A stretch of 64,000 nucleotides of DNA from Gemmatimonadota bacterium. Lineage in GTDB: Bacteria > Gemmatimonadota > Gemmatimonadetes > Gemmatimonadales > GWC2-71-9. The notes under the pieces were generated by a model, which did no database searches, was not told the origin of the DNA, and was given only the letters and a program-made list of their open reading frames with translations. The stretch spans positions 205,247 to 269,246 of the forward strand of contig SHZT01000001.1 in the NCBI GenBank assembly GCA_009692185.1, read 5' to 3'. The position numbers were made by a program, and so were the translations under genes. Shown here in pieces: positions 53,696-62,734 of this stretch; the stretch's first letter is position 1; every line of letters starts with the position of its first letter.

Positions 53696-56600
53696 CTACG
53701 CCTCGACCACGTTGCGGACTTTCCGCAGGTAGGTGACGCCGGGCCTGGTGTTCAGTCCATCGAGCACGTGGTAACCGGTCTCGAGCGCCGCCAGCCGGGA
53801 AACGCGCGAGTTCCGGTCGTTCAGGTCGCCGAACACGATGGCGTCGGCCGGGCAGGTCTGCTGGCAGGCCGTCTGGATCTCCCCGTCCTTGAGCGGCGTC
53901 CCCCGCATGCGAGCGTCGTGCTGTTTTCCGCGGATCCGCTGGACGCAGAAGGTGCATTTCTCCATGACGCCCTTGGAGCGCACGGTCACGTCCGGGTTGA
54001 GCAGGAGGTGCAGGGGCTCCGGCCAGGCATACGTCGTGTCGGCCGGGTTCGACGAGTCGAACCAGTTGAAGTAGCGGACCTTGTAGGGACAGTTGTTGGC
54101 GCAATAGCGCGTGCCCACACAGCGGTTGTACACCTGGCCGTTCAGGCCATCTGGCGTGTGATACGACGCGAAGACGGGGCACACGGGCTCGCACGGCGCG
54201 TTGCCGCACTGCTGGCACATCATGGGCAGAAACCGCGCCTCGAGCGGCCGGTCGTCGTCTCCGCCTTCGAAGTAGCGCTCGATCCGGATCCAGGACATTT
54301 CGCGGCCCCGCCGAACCTGGTCCACGCCTACCTGCGGAATGTTGTTCTCCGAGTAACAGGCGGTAACGCAGGCACTGCACCCGGTGCAGCGGGAGAGATC
54401 GATCGCCAGGCCCCAGCGGGGGTGGTCTCCCGCGTAAGGCGCATGGGCGTTGTAGTCGTCGTAGTGCTCCTGCTGAACTTCTTCGAGGAGTTTCTCGATG
54501 TTCTCCGGGAGGGGCGAGGCCTCATGCGACTCGGGCTCGCCGGTCTCCCCCGCCGCCAACTGCCCGACGGTCACCGCCTGGGCGATGCCGCGGCCCATCT
54601 GCCGCGCGCTCCCCTCGGTGGACGCCAGCCGCTCGTGCACGCCCGTCGCAGCCAGCGACACCGGCACGTAGTGATCCACTCCGCCAAAGGCCGTGGGCGT
54701 CGCCCCCAGCAGGCGATACGCGTTGGCGCCCACATTCTCGGCGAACCGGCCGAAGGCGGTGTGCCCCTGCCCCAGCGGCACAGCCACCACGTCGCGACGG
54801 ACGCCGTGATACACGTACGCCGGCACCGTGATCGAGCCCGACGCGGATTTCACTTCGACGTGATCGCCCTGCGATATGCCGAGCCGCCCCGCCGTGTCCG
54901 GATGGATCTCCACCCAGGTGCTCCAGGTGATCTTGCTGACCGGGTCCGGCAGTTCCTGGAGCCACGGGCGGTTGGCGCCCCGGCCGTCATGAAAGACGGG
55001 CGACGGATACACGATGGCGGTCAGCCCGTCCTCCGCTGAGGCGATCGGGGTCTCGGTGATGCGCGTGGCGGAGGCCGCGAGACCAACCGGGCGCGTCCGC
55101 GCCCGCCGGTACACGCCCCCGGCCCGCAATGACTCGTTCCAGAAGTCCTCGAACGCGCCCGCCACGCCCACCGTGCGCTGGACACCGTGCCACGCGTCCT
55201 TGAGGTAGGTCTCCCACGACGCGGCGGGAAGACGCCGGGCGGCGGTGCCGCCCAGCTTCTGCGCCACGCCGAGGAGCACGTCGCCGGTCTGCTTCGTGTC
55301 GAACACGTTGGACATGACCGGCTGCTGCAGGAGATGCATGCCCGCCCGCGGCTCGGAATCGTTCCACTGCTCCAGGGGATCGGAGTCCGGCAGGATGAGG
55401 TCGGCGCTCATTGCCGTTTCATCCCAGAACCGCGCGAAGCTCACCCTGAACTTCGCCGAGCCGAGTGCATCGCCGAACGCGGTGCCCGGCGTGCCATGCA
55501 CCGGGTTGGCGCCGTGGACGAACAGCACGTCCACCGTGCCATCGGTGATCGCCTTGGTGAGACCCGACAGGGCGGCGTAGCCCAGGCCCGGAAACGTGGC
55601 CTCGGCATCGAACTTGACCGTGCGGTTCACGTTCCCGGCGACGTAGTTAAGGATATGCACCGCCGCCGCGGTGAATGCCGCGTTCGCGTGCTGGGCGCCC
55701 ATGCCCCCGGCGATCGCCAAGCTCGGCCCCGCCACGAATTCCTTCGCCAGGCGTTCGATGATTTCCTCGGATACTCCCGAACGCTCGGCGACGTCCTCCG
55801 GCTCGTACCGGCCGAGCAGGCCACGCAGGGCGGACGCGGGCGGGCCGTTTTTCACGAGCCCGTCTTCCACGATCAGGTGTGCAATGGCGAGGGCCACCTG
55901 GCCCTCGGTACCAGAGTTGGGCGCGACCCATTCGTCCGCGCTCATGCCCGTCATGCCCATGCGAGGCTCGATATGCACGTACCGGGCACGCGTACCGGTG
56001 CGGGCCGCCCGCCCGTCGGCGAAGCCGCGTGTCTGCTCGACCGGCGACCCAAACGTCTCGAGGAAATCGGCGCCGAACGAGAGGACGTATTTCGCCGCGG
56101 CAAAATCGTAGACCGGCACGGCCTCGATGCCGAATACCTCGCGCGTCGCGCGCCTCAGCGCCTCGTGACCGAACGGCTCGAACGACACCCGGTTCGTGGA
56201 GCCGACGCCTCCGAGGAACTGCGTCACCAGGCGGTCGAACGATCCCGTCTCGTGCCCGGTGACGAACCAGACACGGTTCCCCGCCACGCCGGTCAGCTTC
56301 GCCGCCACTGCGGCAATCGCGGCATCCCACGGGATCGGGGCGAACGTGCCATTGGCCTGCTTGGCCATGGGCGTCCGGACGCGGTCGGGGTTGTAGAGAC
56401 CCTGGAGTCCCGCCTGGCCCCGCGCGCAGAGCTTGCCGCGGTTGATGGGGTTCTCCGGGTTCCCTTCGATCTTGACCGCGCGGCCTTCCCGCACCCGCAC
56501 GTGCAGGCCGCACCCCGCGGAACACTCACGGCAGGTGGTGGCGTAGTACGTGGCGATACCCGGCGTCTGGTCCTCGATCGGGACCAGGAACGGGATGAGC

Positions 56601-56797
56601 TTTTCGGCGGGCTCCGTGCAACCGGATGTCGTAGCCACAGCGGCGCTCGTGGCGCCCAGTACCGTCAGAAAGCGCCGACGGTCAATGCCTTCTGACCGGG
56701 CGGGCGGGACGGGCAAGACGGGCGTGGGCCCTTGCCCGTCCTGCCCGCCTCGCCCGTCCTGCCCGTCCTGCCCGTCCTGCCCGTCTAGTAGTGGCAT
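53696..56797 (-). CDS. actB: Alternative Complex III subunit ActB (molybdopterin-oxidoreductase-like fused to 4Fe-4S ferredoxin domain)
   Basis: Twin-arginine motif IDRRRFL, an MopB-like region, and C-terminal Cys clusters (CTGCSACVTAC, CQQCGNAPC, CVGTRYCANNCP, CTFC). The N-terminal 30 codons are encoded by a 9-nt tandem repeat. Confidence 0.9.
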   Translation of the reverse strand: MPLLDGQDGQDGQDGRGGQDGQGPTPVLPVPPARSEGIDRRRFLTVLGATSAAVATTSGCTEPAEKLIPFLVPIEDQTPGIATYYATTCRECSAGCGLHVRVREGRAVKIEGNPENPINRGKLCARGQAGLQGLYNPDRVRTPMAKQANGTFAPIPWDAAIAAVAAKLTGVAGNRVWFVTGHETGSFDRLVTQFLGGVGSTNRVSFEPFGHEALRRATREVFGIEAVPVYDFAAAKYVLSFGADFLETFGSPVEQTRGFADGRAARTGTRARYVHIEPRMGMTGMSADEWVAPNSGTEGQVALAIAHLIVEDGLVKNGPPASALRGLLGRYEPEDVAERSGVSEEIIERLAKEFVAGPSLAIAGGMGAQHANAAFTAAAVHILNYVAGNVNRTVKFDAEATFPGLGYAALSGLTKAITDGTVDVLFVHGANPVHGTPGTAFGDALGSAKFRVSFARFWDETAMSADLILPDSDPLEQWNDSEPRAGMHLLQQPVMSNVFDTKQTGDVLLGVAQKLGGTAARRLPAASWETYLKDAWHGVQRTVGVAGAFEDFWNESLRAGGVYRRARTRPVGLAASATRITETPIASAEDGLTAIVYPSPVFHDGRGANRPWLQELPDPVSKITWSTWVEIHPDTAGRLGISQGDHVEVKSASGSITVPAYVYHGVRRDVVAVPLGQGHTAFGRFAENVGANAYRLLGATPTAFGGVDHYVPVSLAATGVHERLASTEGSARQMGRGIAQAVTVGQLAAGETGEPESHEASPLPENIEKLLEEVQQEHYDDYNAHAPYAGDHPRWGLAIDLSRCTGCSACVTACYSENNIPQVGVDQVRRGREMSWIRIERYFEGGDDDRPLEARFLPMMCQQCGNAPCEPVCPVFASYHTPDGLNGQVYNRCVGTRYCANNCPYKVRYFNWFDSSNPADTTYAWPEPLHLLLNPDVTVRSKGVMEKCTFCVQRIRGKQHDARMRGTPLKDGEIQTACQQTCPADAIVFGDLNDRNSRVSRLAALETGYHVLDGLNTRPGVTYLRKVRNVVEA
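56698..56786. repeat. Palindrome with a 9-nt tandem repeat arm (GCCCGTCCT, ~5.8 copies)
   Basis: Left arm GGGCGGGCGGGACGGGCAAGACGGGCG is complementary to the repeat arm. It covers the actA stop / actB start junction. Confidence 0.8.
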
Positions 56798-57381
56798 GCC
56801 GTACAGTCCGTCGTCTGCTTGTTCTTCTTATGACAATCCAGGCACCAGCCCATTTTCAGCGACGAGTACTGGTAGACCCGTGCCATTTCCTGCACCGGCC
56901 CGTGACACGTCTGGCAGGTGATGCCCGCCCCTTTCACGTGCCGCATGTGAGGGAAGTGCACGAACGGAGGCAGCCGGTGAACCTTGACCCATTCCACCGG
57001 CTGATCGTTGCTGGCTGCCTCCCTGAGTCTTTCGACCTCGGGATTGTCCGTCCCGATGACCGTATGACACCCCATGCACGTGGGGCGGATGGACGGGATC
57101 CCGGCGTGCATGCTGGTCTCGGCCGCGAAATGACAGTACCGGCAGTCCATTTTGTACTGGCCGGCATGGACATCGTGGCGGTAGAAGACGGGCTGGACGG
57201 GACCGGGGAGACCTGCCGTATCGACTGTCGCGGGTGCGACGAAGTTATCTGCGGTGCGGGTCGGTACGGCTTCCTGGGCGTTCGAATTGAGGCATGCGCT
57301 CAGCACAAGCAGGGAGCCGGTGCCGAGCGTGGTAATCGCCAGAGCCAGCGGACCTCGAAGGTTCGGCATGACCCCCTGCAA
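56785..57381 (-). CDS. actA: Alternative Complex III penta-haem cytochrome c subunit ActA
   Basis: Five CxxCH motifs (CRYCH, CMGCH, CQTCH, CLDCH, CTACH) and an N-terminal anchor. Confidence 0.85.
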   Translation of the reverse strand: MQGVMPNLRGPLALAITTLGTGSLLVLSACLNSNAQEAVPTRTADNFVAPATVDTAGLPGPVQPVFYRHDVHAGQYKMDCRYCHFAAETSMHAGIPSIRPTCMGCHTVIGTDNPEVERLREAASNDQPVEWVKVHRLPPFVHFPHMRHVKGAGITCQTCHGPVQEMARVYQYSSLKMGWCLDCHKKNKQTTDCTACHY

Positions 57382-57432
57382 ACAGTGCTTCGTTCGTTTG
57401 AGCCGGCCGTCGGACCAGCTGGGTGAGAAGAT

Positions 57433-58635
57433 TCACGTGACGGCCGGGAAAGAAGATATCGATTCCCGGACATGCGGCAAGGCGGCAACGAGCTCCGCAT
57501 CAAGGGGCATCCGGGGGTCCAGGCGCGCATCCGGAACGGGCATGCGCCCCTGCGCGTCCATTGTCAGCTCGACCAGATCGACGCCCGGGACGTACCAGCG
57601 CTCGCTGGGCTCGATATCCGACGGATACACGAACCCGGCATGCCCGGCGAGGGCCAGCATGGCCTGGGCACCGAGCCCGGTTTCGGGCATGGTGCCCGCC
57701 CACAGCGCGATGCCAGCCTGGACCGCCCGGGCGTAGATCCGGCAGGCCTCCTCCAGCCCCCCGACCCGCTGGATCTTGAGGTTCCAGACCCGTGGGCCTT
57801 CCATCGCGATCACCTGTCGCGCGACGCTATCGGATACGAGGGATTCGTCCAGGCAAATGGGGGTCTTGAGCTCCCGTCCCAGCTCGCGGGAGTCCCAGAG
57901 CCCGTCCGCGGGAAGAGGTTGCTCGAGGAACAGGAGTTGCATGGAATCGAGTTTCCGCAGGGCGTCCTGGTCGCGCGTGGCATCATAGGAGCCGTTCGCG
58001 TCCACCCACATCGGCACCTCGCGCCGGGCGCGCTGCATTTCCTCGCGCGCGATCCGGATCGGTTCCACGTCCCAACCCGGCCGCACCTTGAGCTTGATCC
58101 GCTTGTACCCCCGGCCCAGCGCCTGCGCCACCCAGGTCCGCAGCACGCTAACGTTCATTTCGGGCGGTATGCCCAGCGCCACCCCGCAGTCGATGTGACT
58201 CCGTGTCGCGCGCCACTCCGCCGGAACACCCAGCTCGGCCAGCCGCTCGGACACCAGGGTGGCAAGTGTCACGCCGCGGCGGGCGGCGATCAGGTCCCAC
58301 CATGCCGTCTCCACGCCGGCGCGGGCCATCCGGTTTCCCTGCACCCCGGCCGACAGCAGTTCGGCGCACCGCGAGGGAACGGTCACGGGTTGGTCGAGCA
58401 CGCGCACCAGGAGAATGTCCCGCAGACAGGCCCGGGCCGATGCGACGGTCTCGCTGGAGTAGAACGGCTTCTCGAACGGCGCGGACTCGCCGAGGCCGAC
58501 CTTGCCGTGGGCATCCTTGAGCTCGACGATCAGCGACCGGCGCACCGTCAGGGAGCCGCCGCTGATGACGAACGGCTCCCGGAGCGGCAGGGCAACCTCG
58601 TAGACCCGCGTGCGCAGGATCCGGGGTTCAGTCAT
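57433..58635 (-). CDS. Enolase-superfamily enzyme (o-succinylbenzoate synthase / N-acylamino-acid racemase / dipeptide-epimerase-like)
   Basis: KxK (RIKLKV) and the metal ligands DANGSY, EQP and DES in canonical order. Confidence 0.8.
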   Translation of the reverse strand: MTEPRILRTRVYEVALPLREPFVISGGSLTVRRSLIVELKDAHGKVGLGESAPFEKPFYSSETVASARACLRDILLVRVLDQPVTVPSRCAELLSAGVQGNRMARAGVETAWWDLIAARRGVTLATLVSERLAELGVPAEWRATRSHIDCGVALGIPPEMNVSVLRTWVAQALGRGYKRIKLKVRPGWDVEPIRIAREEMQRARREVPMWVDANGSYDATRDQDALRKLDSMQLLFLEQPLPADGLWDSRELGRELKTPICLDESLVSDSVARQVIAMEGPRVWNLKIQRVGGLEEACRIYARAVQAGIALWAGTMPETGLGAQAMLALAGHAGFVYPSDIEPSERWYVPGVDLVELTMDAQGRMPVPDARLDPRMPLDAELVAALPHVRESISSFPAVT

Positions 58636-59797
58636 GCTTGCGTACCGCGTCGAGAAAGTGAATCACGCCGTCCCTCGGTTCGAGCCGTCCCGCCTCCTGG
58701 AGGTGCAAGAGCCAGACCACCAGCCCGTCGGTCGGGTGCAGCAACAGGGTGTGCAGGGCACGGGCGATCCGCCCGCCCCCCGTTCCCGTGTATTCCGAGA
58801 CCGGCAACTGAAAGAAAGTATGGACCTGGCCACTTTCACACCCCCGCAGGGCGTACTCCAGCATCATCCGCCCGGAACAGATATTCCCGGTCCCGACCAG
58901 GGGTGGCAGCGCCTCCGACCCGAGCCGGTCAAGCACCCGGAGGTTGCGATCCGACAGATCATAGCCGCCGAATGCAACACGCCGGTCCAGATCGAAGAGC
59001 CGGTTGAACACGACCAGGAACGCCGCCTTCCCGGCAGCACGCGTCATGTCCACCTGGAACTGATCATCGAACAAGGCGTTCATGAGCTTCAATCCCAGCT
59101 GGACCCCGCCGCCGACCAGGCACGGTACCTCCGCAATCCATTGAAGGATCGCCTCGCGCTGGCCGGCGCGGTCGTCCCCCGCCAACGTGGGACTGAAGTC
59201 CTTCTCCAGGATCATGTCCCCGCCACACCCCGCGCGGCCCCATACGCCCAGCATGGCGTCCGTGGTGTGGCGGTATTCCGCCGTGTCAAACGGTTCGCCG
59301 ACCTTGGGCAAATGGTACTTCACTGACGGAATGACCGGCATGTCCTTTTCGCGAGCCGCCCCGAGTGACTGCTCGAGGAATTCGAGGTATTCGGCCAGAG
59401 TCCCCGGCCATCCCCTCCCCTTCCACGTGACCGTCCAGCCTTCGCGTCCCGCCGCCGAGGTACGGTGCTCGACCTTCATCCGGGTCTCCCCCTGGGCCCA
59501 CGCGTCCATGCTGCGCCCGCCCGACGGATTCTCGGCGATGACGGTCTTGAGGACCATGAATGCCAGCCCCGCGGCGACGCCATCCTGAACCTGCTTGAGC
59601 GTGCAGGACAGCTGCCCCGCGCCGATCCCGAACGGATGGGGAATCGTCAGCCCGGCGTATCGGGCCGTCAGGTCTACCTGGAGTTCCTCGCGGATCACCC
59701 GGACAAGGTCTTCCGGTTGCCGGGCCGTCCGGCGGCTCAGTTCGGCAACCTGCGAGCGACGCTCGGCCCCCACGACGGGCACCCCGGGCAGGATCAT
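58628..59797 (-). CDS. Divergent TIM-barrel protein, dihydroorotate/dihydropyrimidine dehydrogenase-family-like
   Basis: ATGA overlap upstream. PHPFGIGAGQLS, FMVLKTV and LVGTGNICSG resemble DHOD-family segments. Weak assignment. Confidence 0.5.
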   Translation of the reverse strand: MILPGVPVVGAERRSQVAELSRRTARQPEDLVRVIREELQVDLTARYAGLTIPHPFGIGAGQLSCTLKQVQDGVAAGLAFMVLKTVIAENPSGGRSMDAWAQGETRMKVEHRTSAAGREGWTVTWKGRGWPGTLAEYLEFLEQSLGAAREKDMPVIPSVKYHLPKVGEPFDTAEYRHTTDAMLGVWGRAGCGGDMILEKDFSPTLAGDDRAGQREAILQWIAEVPCLVGGGVQLGLKLMNALFDDQFQVDMTRAAGKAAFLVVFNRLFDLDRRVAFGGYDLSDRNLRVLDRLGSEALPPLVGTGNICSGRMMLEYALRGCESGQVHTFFQLPVSEYTGTGGGRIARALHTLLLHPTDGLVVWLLHLQEAGRLEPRDGVIHFLDAVRKHD

Positions 59798-60762
59798 GAT
59801 GTTTCTCGTATCGCCCCGACGGCGTCGCGCACCCACTCGCGCTCCCGATCGGGCAGCTCCGGACCAAACGGATCCCGGGCCCCCTCGGGGATCACGCCGT
59901 CGGCCTCCAGGGCCCAGAGCATGCGCTGGACGTAGCCCTCCATGGGTTGCGTGAACGTCACCCGCGCGAATTCGTCCACTAGGGCGGACAACGCGATGAA
60001 CTGGGGAAGGCTCCGCGTGAACCAGGCCCGCATAAGCTTGGCGGTCAGGTCGGTGCACGCCGCCCCCAGCCCAATCAAGGCCGCCTCGGCGCCCATCATG
60101 AGTGAATAGCCGAGGAACCGGTCTTCGCCCGTGATCAAGAGGGAGCCGGAGCCGAGGACCACGCCGGACAGCTCCTGGTAGTCCACCACGCTATCCAGCG
60201 TGGCCAGTTTGATCCCGATGACACCGTCCAGCTGGAGCAGGCGTTCCACCAAGGCGGGCGTGTACGGCAGGCCCGAGGCCTGCTTGTACAGGTGAAACGC
60301 GATCACGGGGAGCCCGACAGCCGCCACGGCCTCGTGCAGGTCGGCCACGCGATCGTCCGCGTCCGGCAACGCTGCAAGCGCTTCGGGTGGATGCACCATG
60401 AGCCCCGCGGCGCCGCCATCGTGCGCCGCCTCAGCCATGCGCACCGTGAGGTCGATAGCCCGGTCGGTCCGCTCCCGGGGGTCCGTGGGAAGCGTTTCGC
60501 CCCGCGGGACGCCCACCCCGCAGATGACCGGGAGGTCCCGCGCCTCGTCGCGCCACGTCTGGAGAACCGCCCGCCGCTCCTCGTCGGTGAGCCAGAGACC
60601 GCGCCCCGTGTGCACCCACAGGGCCACGCCGCCCACCGGCTGGGACGCCATCCACCGGGCGTAGGCGCGGTGGGCACCCTCGTCAATACGACGGTGCCCG
60701 TCGAACGGCACGGGCACCGCAGGAATCAGCTGGCCACGGAGATGGTCAACGAGTGGCGTCAC
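59794..60762 (-). CDS. DapA/DHDPS-family class I aldolase-like protein
   Basis: (beta/alpha)8 pattern with IPAVPVPF, VALWVHTGRG, VICGVG, IGIKLA. GTG start at 60762. Confidence 0.65.
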   Translation of the reverse strand: MTPLVDHLRGQLIPAVPVPFDGHRRIDEGAHRAYARWMASQPVGGVALWVHTGRGLWLTDEERRAVLQTWRDEARDLPVICGVGVPRGETLPTDPRERTDRAIDLTVRMAEAAHDGGAAGLMVHPPEALAALPDADDRVADLHEAVAAVGLPVIAFHLYKQASGLPYTPALVERLLQLDGVIGIKLATLDSVVDYQELSGVVLGSGSLLITGEDRFLGYSLMMGAEAALIGLGAACTDLTAKLMRAWFTRSLPQFIALSALVDEFARVTFTQPMEGYVQRMLWALEADGVIPEGARDPFGPELPDREREWVRDAVGAIRETS

Positions 60763-60773
60763 GGCACTCGCGT

Positions 60774-61109
60774 TTAACTCACGACGACTTGGCCCTGCAT
60801 CCCGGCATGGATGGTGCACAAGTAGAGGTACGTTCCCGCGACCGTGAACTGCCGGTCGAACTGCCCGTTGGTCTGGACGTCGGAACTGGACCCGCCGTCG
60901 CTGAACTTCACGTCGTGCGGGTTGCTGCCATTCCACACCCACGACACGGGCTCACCCACCCTCGCGTTGAACGTCATGGGCGAGAACGAATTGTCGAGCA
61001 CCTGGATAACTGCGTTCGCAGCACCGGGGCTGCCGCACCCATTCCCCAGCAACATGAAGGCACCGAACAGGACGCACAGCACGCCACGCTTGATCATCCG
61101 CATTCGCAT
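60774..61109 (-). CDS. Cupredoxin (plastocyanin/pseudoazurin-like) lipoprotein
   Basis: Lipobox LLGNGC. Upstream His (NPHDVKF) plus the C-terminal loop YLYLCTIHAGMQGQVVV gives a full type-1 Cu ligand set. Confidence 0.75.
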   Translation of the reverse strand: MRMRMIKRGVLCVLFGAFMLLGNGCGSPGAANAVIQVLDNSFSPMTFNARVGEPVSWVWNGSNPHDVKFSDGGSSSDVQTNGQFDRQFTVAGTYLYLCTIHAGMQGQVVVS

Positions 61110-61166
61110 CTCATCGGAAAGGAGTTCACGCCGTTGCGCGGCACAGGCCGCGATGGGAACAGGATA

Positions 61167-61937
61167 TCAGGACACTCGCCAGCGATCGAGGTTCCCCGCA
61201 AGGACCAGCCGGCGCCGTTCCGGGGTCAGGTCCAGCAGGTCGAGTCGCGCGAATGCGGTGTCGGGAATCCGGAGCGGCATGCCGGTACCCAGGACGAACC
61301 GCTCGATACCCATGGTTTCAACCAGCAGGGCCAGGTGATCCTCCGGCGGCCCCCACACCCACGCAATGTCCCATAAAATACGCCGGGCCTCGCCTGGCGT
61401 CGATCCGAAGTGGACCTCCTCGATGAAGCTCCGCTCGGCGTGGCTCACCAGCAGGCGCACCTCGGGATCCGCCCGCACCAGCGCCCGGACGGCCGCCGCA
61501 GGGAGGTCGGGCGCGGTGTCCTGCGGCTGTCGCTGGCGCGGATCCTCGAACCGCACCGCCAGCACAATGGGCAGGCCGGCCGCAGCCGCTCCGCTCGCCA
61601 GCACCCGCATTTCGGCGCCGGCCGGGTCCAGTCCCCGCTGCATGGGATACACGCGCACGGCCGGCGCCCCCGCGGCCCCGGCCTCGTTCAGGTCCTGGGC
61701 AAACTGCGGCCCCGGGTGGACCGTGGGCACCGGCAGCAGGCGGTCGCTGTGTGGCTTGAGCGTTCGGAGCAAGTCCGGGGTGCCAGACGCCGATTCGCTG
61801 AACGCGGACGGCAGGTGTCCGACCCACGCCTGGTCAATGCCGAGCCGGTCCATGTGCCGGAGCAGTCCGCCGGGCGTGACGTCGGGCAGGTGGCGGTAGG
61901 GATACGCCCCGACGTACGCGGCAACATCGGTGGTCAT
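61167..61937 (-). CDS. Amidohydrolase-2-like TIM-barrel protein lacking an obvious N-terminal HxH
   Basis: ATGA overlap upstream. Collinear with metal-dependent hydrolase folds, but YPYRHL replaces HxH. Confidence 0.6.
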   Translation of the reverse strand: MTTDVAAYVGAYPYRHLPDVTPGGLLRHMDRLGIDQAWVGHLPSAFSESASGTPDLLRTLKPHSDRLLPVPTVHPGPQFAQDLNEAGAAGAPAVRVYPMQRGLDPAGAEMRVLASGAAAAGLPIVLAVRFEDPRQRQPQDTAPDLPAAAVRALVRADPEVRLLVSHAERSFIEEVHFGSTPGEARRILWDIAWVWGPPEDHLALLVETMGIERFVLGTGMPLRIPDTAFARLDLLDLTPERRRLVLAGNLDRWRVS

Positions 61938-62734
61938 TTCCCGAACACCCCCGCGGGGAACAGCTCCCGCGCATTCCCGCTCTTGATGCGCTCGATGTCG
62001 GCCTTGGGCAGACCCAGCGACTCGAGATACCGGAGCTTCCCCCAACCGGTGCAGAGCGTGATGTCGGCGCCCCACACCATGCGCCTCGCGCCGACGGCGG
62101 CCAGCGTGGCCTCGAGCATGCCGATATCCACGCCACTCCCGGACAGGTCAATCCAGATGTTCGTGGTCTCGGCGACCGCCCGGAGCGTATGAGCCCAGTC
62201 TCCGCCCCCGCCGATGTGCGCGAGCAGGAACCGCGTATTCGGATGCCGCTCCGCCAGCTGGGCCAGCTCGACACCGTCAGACGCTTCCTGGCCGGGCCAG
62301 TCGCGCCGGCGGTGCTGCCAGATATGGTGCAGAATGGGGACGCCCTTCTCCGCCGCCCGCGCAGCAATGGGATCCACCAGGATGTCATTTGCGCGCCGGC
62401 TCGCCGCGAGCTTTATGCCGATCATGCCCTGCGTGAGCCGCGTGTCGATTTCCCTGAGGGCGTGGTCGGTGTAGTTGGGATTCACCGTGCAGTAGCCAAA
62501 CACTTTGCCCGGGTGCTCGTTCTGGAGCCGCAGCATTTGCTCGTTGCCGTACGTCACGTCGTCGGGCGACGGGAAATAGATGGGGGAGCGGAACCCCCAG
62601 GTGCCCAAGACGGACGCCACGTGGACGGTGACACCCATGCGCTCACCGGCGGCGATGCGGCGCGCGTTCACCTCGCGCCAGTCGGCCCGGCCCGACCGTT
62701 CATGATAGAAATGCGCGTGGACGTCGATCAGCAT
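61934..62734 (-). CDS. Amidohydrolase-family metal-dependent hydrolase (TIM barrel)
   Basis: MLIDVHAHF (HxH), later HIW..H and a D near the C-terminus; 266 aa. Confidence 0.75.
   Translation of the reverse strand: MLIDVHAHFYHERSGRADWREVNARRIAAGERMGVTVHVASVLGTWGFRSPIYFPSPDDVTYGNEQMLRLQNEHPGKVFGYCTVNPNYTDHALREIDTRLTQGMIGIKLAASRRANDILVDPIAARAAEKGVPILHHIWQHRRRDWPGQEASDGVELAQLAERHPNTRFLLAHIGGGGDWAHTLRAVAETTNIWIDLSGSGVDIGMLEATLAAVGARRMVWGADITLCTGWGKLRYLESLGLPKADIERIKSGNARELFPAGVFGK

Noticed and set aside
51774-56786. Possible CRISPR arrays suggested by the tandem repeats at 51.8 kb and 56.7 kb
   Set aside because: Repeat units are 7-9 nt with no spacers, the arms are self-complementary, and no cas genes are present. 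These are microsatellite-armed palindromes, not CRISPR.
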